DNA of 64,000 nucleotides from Eledone cirrhosa (Eukaryota): NCBI GenBank assembly GCA_964016885.1, contig OZ024743.1, positions 336,784,001 to 336,848,000 of the forward strand, read 5' to 3'. Shown piece by piece: positions 46,729 to 64,000 of this stretch (position 1 is its first letter; each line of letters starts with the position of its first letter). The notes under the pieces were generated by a model. It saw only the letters and a program-made list of their open reading frames with translations, ran no database searches and was not told where the DNA came from. The position numbers and the translations under genes were made by a program.

Positions 46729-48057
46729 CTGTGTGTCTGTATGTCTATATGTCTGTGTGTCTGTGTCTATGTGTGTATGCCTGTGTGTGTGTATGTGTGT
46801 ATATGTGCCTGTGTGTGTGTCTGTGTGTGTCTGTGTCTTTGCCTGTATGCGTGTGTGTGTGTATGTGTGTGTGTCTGTGTGTGTCTGTGTCTGTGTATGC
46901 ATGCATTTGTGTGTGTATGTATGTGTGTGTCTGTGTGACTGTATATTTGTGTCTGTGTCTGTGTGAGTGTGTATCTCTGTGTGTGTCTGTGTGTGTGTGT
47001 CTGTGTCTATATGTCTGTGTGTGTGTGTGTCTGTGTGTGTGTGAGTGTGTGTGTGTCTGTGTATCTGTGTGTCTGTATGTCTCTATGTGTGTGTATGTGT
47101 GTGTCTGTGTATGTGTGTGTGTGTGTGTGTCTGTATGTCTATATGTCTGTGTATGTGTGTGTGTGTCTGTGTGTCTATGTGTGTGTGTGTGTGTCTGTAT
47201 GTCTCTATGTGTGTGTATGTGTGTGTCTGTATGTCTATATGTGTGTGTATGTGTGTGTCTGTATGTCTATATGTATGTGTATGTGTGTGTCTGTGTGTCT
47301 ATATGTGTGTGTATGTGTGTGTGTGTATGTGTATGTGTCTATCTGTATGTTTATATGTGTGTGTGTGTGTGTTTCTGTATGTCTATATGTCTGTGTATGT
47401 GTGTGTCTGTATGTCTATATGTGGGTGTGTGCGTCTGTATGTCTATATGTGTGTGTATGTGTGTGTCTGTATGTCTATATGTGTGTGTATGTGTGTGTGC
47501 GTATGTGTGTCTATATGTGTGTGTGTGTGTCTGTATGTCTATATGTCTGTGTATGTGTGTGTCTGTGTGTCTGTATGTCTATATGTCTCTGTATCTGTGT
47601 GTCTGTGTGTCAATATATGTGTGTGTGTCTGTGTGTCTATATGTCTGTGTATGTGTTTGTGTCTGTATGTCTATATGTGTGTGTGTGTGTGTCTGTATGT
47701 CTATATGTATGTGTATGTGTGTGTCTGTGTCTATATGTGTATGTCTATATGTGTGTGTATGTGTGTGTCTGTATGTCTATATGTCTGTGTATGTATGTGT
47801 GTGTCTGTGTGTCTATATGTGTATGTGTCTATCTGTATGTCTATATGTGTGTGTATGTGTGTGTCTGTATGTCTATATGTCTGTGTATGTATGTGTGTGT
47901 TTGTATGTCTATATGTGTGTGTATGTGCGTGTCTGTATGTCTATATGTGTGTGTATGTGTGTGTCTGTATGTCTATATGTCTGTGTATGTGTGTGTCTGT
48001 ATGTCTATATGTCTGTGTATGTGTATGTGTATGTCTATATGCCTGTGTCTGTGTGTA
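46398..48057. repeat. 1.66-kb complex (TG/TC/TA) dinucleotide satellite
   Basis: Recurring unit such as GTGTGTCTGTATGTCTATAT; ends ~80 nt before the last exon. Confidence 0.97.
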
Positions 48058-48138
48058 TTTATACAGTAGAATTTGAAATTTAATGTATTTATCTGCTCAT
48101 CTTTAATCTTTAATTCTTATATTTACATTTGTTTACAG

Positions 48139-48491
48139 ATGGCGTCGGTACTAAAACTATCCACCTCAGATTTGGTATTATTAAAGTATCATTTACAATC
48201 AATCTTGCCAGCTTCAGTCCTCATTATATTAGAGTATGTTTCAAAATGGGGTACAAGGTTTTTTGGCACAGAAGATCAATAAGTCTCGGTTGTTTCAGCA
48301 AACGGTTTGAATTAAATGAAGACAGCTCAGTGGAGAGTATGAAATATTTGAATTCGTTGGATCTACAAAAGGATGATACTGTCGAGAGTTACAGAATGGT
48401 AAATCCCGTTGAAACAAAGCAAAATGAAGATTCTCTTACTTGGCACAACGATGACCAGCCTATCCTTTTCGAAGAAAAGAGGGGAAATTAG
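48139..48491 (+). CDS. Terminal exon: end of cationic domain (ISLGCF), KR site, acidic C-terminal tail
   Basis: Acceptor TTTGTTTACAG| phase 1; (H)GVGTKTIHLRFGIIKV...RVCFK...ISLGCFS-KR-FELNEDSS...GN*; AATAAA at ~48539, 48582, 48628. Confidence 0.85.
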
Positions 48492-48952
48492 ATTCGTTTA
48501 TTTATAATCTGTTTAGAAAACTAAGAATCAATTTATAAAATAAATAAATAGTAAGATATCTTAATAGGTCAAAATAATGAAAATAAATCTTAAAGTGAAA
48601 CAAATGTTATTTGAATATTAACTGATTAATAAATATTTCAATAATTTCCTGTGTTGTGTACTTTCTACTTTCATTACATAATTATATCTCTTGTTTCATG
48701 TTACATGAAAAATATCCCAAGGAACTTTAATTTAACACCCAGAGTTGATTACTACACCTGATATTTAATAAAGTATAAGATAGCATTGCTCACTAAACTA
48801 CTGACTAAAAAATGACTGATGCTGTGGTCAATATTTCTAAATCAGAATACCAAGGTAGCTGAAGGATTATAGATTTACCAACCTTAAGATATATTTACAA
48901 AACCTGTGTGTTTGTAAATATATGTTTCATTGCCGATTATGCGTTTGTTAAA

Positions 48953-49020
<68 letters not shown>

Positions 49021-49021
<1 letters not shown>

Positions 49022-49209
49022 CGAAGGAAATGTGGTAAGGAGCCAGATGGACCATAACGCACCAAAGTACTCAATACTTAGGGTAGTAGAGTGGGTAATA
49101 GGAACGAGTAGGACCCCGATGGCTGAGCTCAAGCCGTTTCGACGGCTAATTCTAGTCCAGAATTAGCCGTCGCAACGGCTTGAGCTCAGCCGTCGGGGTC
49201 CTACTCGTT

Positions 49210-49212
<3 letters not shown>
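49021..49212 (-). repeat. Solo PLE terminal module (hammerhead 3' half plus leader) with fold-back
   Basis: Matches 41790-41860 and 62945-63050; 49098-49153 is inverted at 49160-49213; flanked by (TA)n. Confidence 0.85.
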
Positions 49213-49278
<66 letters not shown>

Positions 49279-49950
49279 GGTGTGAGATTTCTCATTGTGA
49301 GACTGTTGGAATTTCAAATTTGGCGGTCACTCTGGTGGGGACGGGTACCATCGCTGAATATTAATATCGGTAAGGTTTTTTTTTATATCGATATTGTCCG
49401 GCATCCACTGATGATTTATAAGTGCCCACCTACATATATTCCTATGGACTATGTGTAGGCTTCTACATAACCTGGACATTATTTTCCCAATTTGTAGAAA
49501 ACTTATAATGAAACGATCGTTTGGAAAGAGAGATGTATTTAATTATGTCTCATATAAAATAATACAACTGGCTATCCGCAAAATACGTATAGTTAGCACC
49601 CCAAACGTATAATTGGGATTATACTAAGGTATATCCTAATGTTTGTTGAGTGAGACGGAAGTCGGTCGGAGTATTGCTTAAAGCTTTCTCTGTTAATGTA
49701 TTAAATATATATATATACAGTATATATATTCGACGTCCAAAAGTGACAATAGAGTATGAAATCGAGCTGGAGCAACCTTCCACCTCCAAAGAGAAGTTGA
49801 AATATTGAAATGTTAGTGGAGGTCTGGAATGGGGGTGATGGGGTGGGTTGAGGTGGTGTGGGTGAACTGAAATTTAAACAGTTTGCACCTTTTTGTCTGT
49901 GTATGTATGTATATATGTAGGTATGTATGTATATATGTAGGTATGTATGT

Positions 49951-50751
49951 GCAACCCCACCAAGGTTTCTTGGTGAGGAGGGTGATTTGGACATCCTGCA
50001 GGACTAAAAACAAAACCTGTCAAAGGGCAAAGGAGCTCTTAAGAGTCAATGGCCATCCAAAATCACCGGGAGAGATGATCCCTTAGCCTTTGTCAAGGCA
50101 GAATTCTAGAAAGAAAACTCTGATATAGCACCTGCAACACTGATGGTATCCAATGATGTTGACTTGTTCCTTTTTTGGTAAATATCATCTTGGTTAAGAG
50201 AATGGGACTGGCTTTGTGCAGTGCCTTTGCTCACTATAAAAGCTACACGGCACAGGCATTGCTTTATATCTGGAGATCTCTCTGCACTTCTCGTCACATG
50301 GTACCATGGGCCCAGCACTATGTGTCAGTAAATGTCACAAGTGTAGTGTTTGTACCAGAGTTTTCAAGTCGCTGGCTGGACTAAAAAGTCACACTCGTTC
50401 AGCGCATCAGTAGGGGTTCTCCTACATGGATATAAAGTAATGGCCGTACTCGAAAACGAGTTGGCAGCCACCATATGTATATATATATATATGTGTATGT
50501 ATGTATATGTATATATATGTATATATGTATATATATGTATGTATATATATGTATGTGTATGTATGTGTATATGTATGTGTATATATATGTATTTATATAT
50601 ATGTATGTGTGTATGTATATGTATGTGTATGTGTGTATGTATATATATGTATGTGTATATGTGTATATATATATATATATGTATGTATATGTATATATAT
50701 ATGTGTATGTATATATATGTGTATGTGTATATATGTATATATATGTCTATG

Positions 50752-50785
<34 letters not shown>

Positions 50786-50897
50786 TGTATATATATGTAT
50801 ATATATGTATATATATGTATATGTATATATATATGTATATGTATATATATATGTATATATATATATATGTATATATATGTATATTTATATGTATATA

Positions 50898-50938
<41 letters not shown>

Positions 50939-51132
50939 ATATGTATATATATATATATATGTATATGTATATGTATATATATATGTGTATGTATATATAT
51001 GTGTATATGTATATGTATATATATATATGTATGTATATGTATATATATATATGTACATGTATATATATAGAGAGAGAGAAAAATACTGCAGGTAGCACAT
51101 GGATAACATGTAATAAAATAAGTCCCTCATCA

Positions 51133-51185
<53 letters not shown>

Positions 51186-51296
51186 ATATGTATATCTATA
51201 TATATATATATATATAGTAATAATAATAAAATTGAAGACTAAAATCCAAAGAGGGCTCGATATATATGTATATATATATATGTATATATATATATG

Positions 51297-51331
<35 letters not shown>

Positions 51332-52303
51332 GTATATATATATATATATGTATATGTATGTATATATATCTGGATATATATATGTATATATATATATATA
51401 TATCTTCCGGGAGAGATGACCCCTTAGCCTTTGTCAAGGCAGAATTCTAGGAGAAGGAAAACTCTGATATAACACCTGCAACCCTGATGGTATCCAATGA
51501 TGTTGACTTGTTCTTTTTTTGGTAAATATCATCTTAGTTAAGAGAGTGGGACTGGCTTTGTGCAGTGCCTTTGCTCACTATAAAAGCTTCATGGCACAGG
51601 CATTGCTTTATATCTGGAGATCTCTCTGCACTTCTCGTCACATGGTACCATGGGCCCAGCACTATGTGTCAATAGTTGTCACAAGTGTAGTGTTTGTACC
51701 AGAGTTTTCAAGTCGCTGGCTGGACTAAAAAGTCACACTCGTTCAGCGCATCGGTAGCGGTTCTCCTACATGGATATAAAGTAATGGCCGTACTCGAAAA
51801 CCAGTTGGCAGCCACCATATGTATATATATATATGTGTATGTATGTATATGTATATATATGTATATATGTATATATATGTATATGAATGTATATATATGT
51901 ATGTGTATGTATGTGTATATGTATGTGTATATATATGTATTTATATATATGTATGTGTGTATGTATATGTATGTGTATGTGTGTATGTATATATATGTAT
52001 GTGTATATGTGTATATATATATATATGTATGTATATGTATATACATATTTGTATGTATATATATGTGTATGTGTATATATGTATATATATGTATATGTAT
52101 ATGTGTATATATATATGTATGTATATGTATATATATATATATGTATATATATGTATATGTATATATATATGTATATATATATATGTATATATATGTATAT
52201 ATATGTATATATATGTATATGTATATATATATGTATATGTATATGTATATATATATGTATATATATATATATATGTATATATATGTATATGTATATGTAT
52301 ATA

Positions 52304-52362
<59 letters not shown>

Positions 52363-52375
52363 ATATGTATATATA

Positions 52376-52408
<33 letters not shown>

Positions 52409-52524
52409 GTATGTATATATATGTGTATATGTATATGTATATATATATGTACATATATATATGTGTATGTATATATATGTGTATATGTATATGTATATAT
52501 ATATATGTATGTATATGTATATAT

Positions 52525-52576
<52 letters not shown>

Positions 52577-52653
52577 GTATATATATATATGTGTATATGT
52601 ATATGTATATATATGTATATATATGTATATATATATATATGTATGTATATATA

Positions 52654-52728
<75 letters not shown>

Positions 52729-52773
52729 ATATATATATATGTGTATATATATATATATGTATATATATATATG

Positions 52774-52806
<33 letters not shown>

Positions 52807-52841
52807 GTATATGTATGTATATATGTCTGGATATATATATG

Positions 52842-52928
<87 letters not shown>

Positions 52929-53035
52929 GTATATCTATATATATATATATATATAGTAATAATAATAAAATTGAAGACTAAAATCCAAAGAGGGCTCGAT
53001 ATATATGTATATATATATATGTATATATATATATG

Positions 53036-53090
<55 letters not shown>

Positions 53091-54044
53091 GTATATGTAT
53101 GTATATATATCTGGATATATATATGTATATATATATATATATATCTTCCGGGAGAGATGACCCCTTAGCCTTTGTCAAGGCAGAATTCTAGGAGAAGGAA
53201 AACTCTGATATAACACCTGCAACCCTGATGGTATCCAATGATGTTGACTTGTTCTTTTTTTGGTAAATATCATCTTAGTTAAGAGAGTGGGACTGGCTTT
53301 GTGCAGTGCCTTTGCTCACTATAAAAGCTTCACGGCACAGGCATTGCTTTATATCTGGAGATCTCTCTGCACTTCTCGTCACATGGTACCATGGGCCCAG
53401 CACTATGTGTCAATAGTTGTCACAAGTGTAGTGTTTGTACCAGAGTTTTCAAGTCGCTGGCTGGACTAAAAAGTCACACTCGTTCAGCGCATCGGTAGCG
53501 GTTCTCCTACATGGATATAAAGTAATGGCCGTACTCGAAAACCAGTTGGCAGCCACCATATGTATATATATATATGTGTATGTATGTATATGTATATATA
53601 TGTATATATGTATATATATGTATATGAATGTATATATATGTATGTGTATGTATGTGTATATGTATGTGTATATATATGTATTTATATATATGTATGTGTG
53701 TATGTATATGTATGTGTATGTGTGTATGTATATATATGTATGTGTATATGTGTATATATATATATATGTATGTATATGTATATACATATTTGTATGTATA
53801 TATATGTGTATGTGTATATATGTATATATATGTATATGTATATGTGTATATATATATGTATGTATATGTATATATATATATATGTATATATATGTATATG
53901 TATATATATATGTATATATATATATGTATATATATGTATATATATGTATATATATGTATATGTATATATATATGTATATGTATATGTATATATATATGTA
54001 TATATATATATATATGTATATATATGTATATGTATATGTATATA

Positions 54045-54109
<65 letters not shown>

Positions 54110-54122
54110 ATATGTATATATA

Positions 54123-54155
<33 letters not shown>

Positions 54156-54271
54156 GTATGTATATATATGTGTATATGTATATGTATATATATATGTACA
54201 TATATATATGTGTATGTATATATATGTGTATATGTATATGTATATATATATATGTATGTATATGTATATAT

Positions 54272-54323
<52 letters not shown>

Positions 54324-54400
54324 GTATATATATATATGTGTATATATATATGTATATATATGTATATATATGTATATATATATATATGTATGTATATATA

Positions 54401-54477
<77 letters not shown>

Positions 54478-54522
54478 ATATATATATATGTGTATATATA
54501 TATATATGTATATATATATATG

Positions 54523-54555
<33 letters not shown>

Positions 54556-54590
54556 GTATATGTATGTATATATGTCTGGATATATATATG

Positions 54591-54687
<97 letters not shown>

Positions 54688-54798
54688 GTATATCTATATA
54701 TATATATATATATAGTAATAATAATAAAATTGAAGACTAAAATCCAAAGAGGGCTCGATATATATGTATATATATATATGTATATATATATATGTGTG

Positions 54799-54829
<31 letters not shown>

Positions 54830-55317
54830 GTATATATATATATATGTATATGTATGTATATATATCTGGATATATATATGTATATATATATATATATATA
54901 TATCTTCCGGGAGAGATGACCCCTTAGCCTTTGTCAAGGCAGAATTCTAGGAGAAGGAAAACTCTGATATAACACCTGCAACCCTGATGGTATCCAATGA
55001 TGTTGACTTGTTCTTTTTTTGGTAAATATCATCTTAGTTAAGAGAGTGGGACTGGCTTTGTGCAGTGCCTTTGCTCACTAGAAAAGCTTCACGGCATAGG
55101 CATTGCTTTATATCTGGAGATCTGTCTGCACTTGTCGTCACATGGTACCATGGGCCCAGCACTATGTGTCAATAATTGTCTTAAGTGTAGTGTTTGTACC
55201 AGAATTTTCAAGTCGCTGGCTGGACTAAAAAGTCACACTCGTTCAGCGCATCGGTAGGGGTTCTCCTACATGGATATAAAGTAGTGGCCGTACTCAAAAG
55301 CGAGTAGGCAGCCACCA
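49951..55317 (+). repeat. Tandem array of non-autonomous RTE piece plus (TA/TG) satellite plus 44-nt spacer; periods ~1340, 1741, 1759 bp
   Basis: RTE pieces 49951-50473, 51406-51817, 53147-53558, 54906-55317; spacer GTAATAATAATAAAATTGAAGACTAAAATCCAAAGAGGGCTCGA at ~51217, 52956, 54715. Confidence 0.93.
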
Positions 55318-55352
55318 TATATATATATAGAGAGATAGATAGATAGATATAT

Positions 55353-55439
<87 letters not shown>

Positions 55440-55523
55440 AGAGAGAAGTAGTTCCACAACATTTAGTTCGCCATAACCGTGAACAATTAGCTCATCTTCG
55501 GCTATAACCCACCAGTGTTCTAC

Positions 55524-61076
<5,553 letters not shown>

Positions 61077-61603
61077 ATATATATATATAGTGCTAGAACA
61101 CTGGCGGGTTATATCCATAGTTAGAAAAGCACTCAGTCCAAGGGATGAGTTCGGTAGAAGTTAGTTCCACAACAGTTAGTTCCATGTATAGTATTAGGAA
61201 AAAGAGGCAAGACGTGAGAAGAAATTTGAAGACAGATTTATTAGATTATATAAAGATTAACAAATATAGTTATCCACTTAGTTCTAACTGAACAAGGTGC
61301 TGGAAAGCTCACTATGTTGTTATGATTATTTATATTGCAGATCAAATTTAGCAAGGGCGGTAAGATCCGAAAGATTGGAGAATAACCGACATCAATGAGA
61401 ATTAATAGGTATTTAAAGAAACACTAAAGCCTTTTAGAATTTAACATATATTTTAAAATAAATATCAAAGTTCTAAAAGGCTTTTGGGTTTCATTAAATA
61501 CACCCCCCCCCCCGCGCACACACACATATAAAATTACATATATACATATATACACACACACAAACAAAAACACACACACACACATACACACACATATATA
61601 TAT

Positions 61604-62348
61604 ATGGTAATTTAACGATGGTTATAGCTCTGATTTATCCAAATTATTGAGCCCTCTGCCACACATGTCGGATATTGTTTATCGTGATTTCGTGGGCTGA
61701 TATTCCGATTCTCGATTATTCTACTATATTTAGCTCTAGACCTTAGCTATTGACCAGTTAATTTTATTGATTATTTTTTTGTCGATCTTATTGACTGATG
61801 AATAGCTCTTGTTTATTTTAACACGTCTGTTGAGCACTCTGATTCGATATGTGATATTTTGTATTCTTACATAATTTGCACTTCACCGAATTCTTTCGCT
61901 AATGTAGAGGTTATCTCCCTTGCTGATTACCACGTGCGTTTTTGGCTATAGGTCTCCTCTATATTGTCGGACGAAAACCCGTTGAGAAAGCTGTTCCGCG
62001 TCCACCCCTTCTCTAGAAGTCTTATATATTTTTTATGTGGGCTGATAGTGATTGGATTAAGGAATTGCAGAAACCCAAGAAGCTAGATTTAACATCCTTC
62101 TAGCGGGTCCGGGTGAGTTTTTTACATTCATTTAATTTATTAATTTATTGATATTTTATTTGAGTGACCCGAATCTTCCTGGTCGTTCTTTTTCGGCTGC
62201 ACGGGTGATTTTAGGCATAATCTCTATGTGTTGGTAATTTAACGATGGTTATAGCTCTGATTTATCCAAATTATTGAGCCCTCTGCCACACATGTCGGAT
62301 ATTGTTTATCGTGATTTCGTGGGCTGATATTCCGATTCTCGATTATTC

Positions 62349-62355
<7 letters not shown>
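61604..62355 (+). mobile_element. ~750-bp non-coding element with ~120-bp terminal direct repeats (pseudo-LTR-like)
   Basis: 61604-61727 identical to 62232-62355; putative intron GTGAGT...TTTTAG at ~62113-62214; flanked by (TA)n. Confidence 0.7.
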
Positions 62356-62436
<81 letters not shown>

Positions 62437-62440
<4 letters not shown>

Positions 62441-62818
62441 GTAAGTATGTATACGTACATACATATATGTATACAGACGTACAGTAGTATGTATATATAT
62501 ACATACATGCACACATATATATATGTACGTATGGCTTTACCGAACATTTATTATAATGTTCGGTGTGTTTGTAAACAAACAGCCCGAATTACGCCGTACT
62601 GTGTTCGGCAACCATCGTCGCCTTTTTGTTCAACACTGACACAGGAACGATGTACTAGTTTCAAACTTATTAGCTATCGTCAGCAACGTATACCATCGTA
62701 TACCGACTAACTCACTCGATATGCAAATTAGGCTGCTCAGCCGTTAATATGCATAAGGAAAGTATATACTTTCAAACGTTCAATCATCTGACAGGAAGGT
62801 ATACGATGCTGACGATAG

Positions 62819-62822
<4 letters not shown>
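62437..62822. repeat. Copy of the 45627 family with an internal inversion
   Basis: 62437-62695 direct; 62705-62822 is the reverse complement of ~45862-45980. Confidence 0.8.
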
Positions 62823-62849
<27 letters not shown>

Positions 62850-62853
<4 letters not shown>

Positions 62854-64000
62854 ATGTTCAGGACACCGACGGCGGAGCTCAAGCCGTTTCGATGGCTATA
62901 TCTTTATAGCCGGCATATATTTATAGCTCCGGCATTTTCGACATCGGTCGGGTCCTGAACCTTTTCCTATTACCCACTCTAATACCCAAAGTCTCGAGTA
63001 CTCTGGTGAGTTATGTTCCACCTGGTTCCTTACCTCACTACCTTCGTTATATTCCAGTACCCCGGCCACATACCCGAACTGTACGGTCGGTACGTCGACG
63101 ACTGCATCGGATCCACGACCCTCACCTGAGAACAGCTCGATTCTTTTCTCTCCTTCCACGCCTCTCTCCACTTCACCACCTCTATCTCCACCACCCACGT
63201 CCACTTCTTGGACATCTCCGTCGCCATCGACCCCTCCCACCACACCCTCGTCACCTCCGCCTTCTTCAAACCCACTGACTCCCACTCCTACCTCGACTTC
63301 ACCTTCTCTCACCCTAGACACACCAAACACTCCATTCCCTACTCCCAACTCCTCCGGATCCGCCGCCTCTGCAGCCGAGATGCTGACTTCGAGACCCAGG
63401 CCCTGTCTCTAGTCAGCCATTTCATCCTGAGACGTACCACCCTCCCTCGTCCACGCCGCCATCGCTCGCGCCCGTGCTGTCCACCGCCCCACTGCCCTTT
63501 CCCCACGCCCCCTACCCCTCACCTACCACCTCTCCACCCTACCCCTCCACCGCACCATCCTCTACCTCTTCCGATGCCTCCAGTCCGACCCTCCACCTCC
63601 GCGCATCCTCATTACTTTGCCTGCTGTCACCTCCCTACTGCTATTCTTCCCCCCACCTCCTTCGCCTTGCCTTGACCCTCTAAACACTTCATGTTGCCCG
63701 CGCACCCCACAACTCTCCACTTCCTCAGTACCATACCAGGACTTTACACCACCGGTCCACCACTCCAGCCATCCACCCAGCTACACTCGGAATCTTCAAC
63801 ATCCGTGCTTACAATCCGTGGAAAAAACATCCAGGAACACACACACACAAACACTTACACTATTTTCATACCACGCAACCATACATCCACATCACACAAA
63901 AACACACACACACACGTGCGTATCATCACATACACACACTAAGCCTCCGGACTCCACACGCCCCCTATCCCCCACCACCTCTGACCCCTCTCCATCCACA
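62850..64000 (+). mobile_element. Internally deleted Neptune-like Penelope element
   Basis: IPELYGRYVDDCIG, HFLDISV, FKPTDSHSYLDF..SHPRHTKHSIPYSQLLRIRRLCS; preceded by the shared terminal module; 3' boundary uncertain. Confidence 0.75.

Noticed and set aside
50350-54937. Long Tyr/Ile/Met ORFs
   Set aside because: TA/TG microsatellite artefacts

Overview
Eukaryotic, AT-rich, microsatellite-dense genomic DNA. The tRNA-derived SINEs resemble octopod cephalopod SINEs (inference from memory, no search run). (1) 1-26.6 kb is an uninterrupted array of six non-LTR retrotransposons separated only by (AAT)n. Three are R4/Dong-type RT-RLE elements on + (one with an intact 1128-aa ORF) and three are Tx1-clade APE-RT elements on -. 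(2) About 29.4-48.6 kb hides a spliced host gene that the ORF track misses. Phase-matched exons 34980-35198, 44345-44431 and 48139-48491, plus a probable signal-peptide exon at 29571, encode an acidic propeptide, a 104-aa 6-Cys core with 19 K/R and no D/E (DUF4773-like), and an acidic C-terminal tail. This is a candidate processed cytolytic, antimicrobial or venom precursor. (3) Introns and the distal 15 kb hold Penelope-like elements (three Hydra-clade-like, one Neptune-like) and many small (TA)n-embedded fold-back or tandem elements. These carry about a dozen hammerhead ribozyme motifs, several with non-canonical cores (UUGAAAA, CCGANGA). (4) RTE fragments, a bipartite non-autonomous RTE amplified in a ~1.75-kb tandem repeat, SINEs and a 200-N gap.
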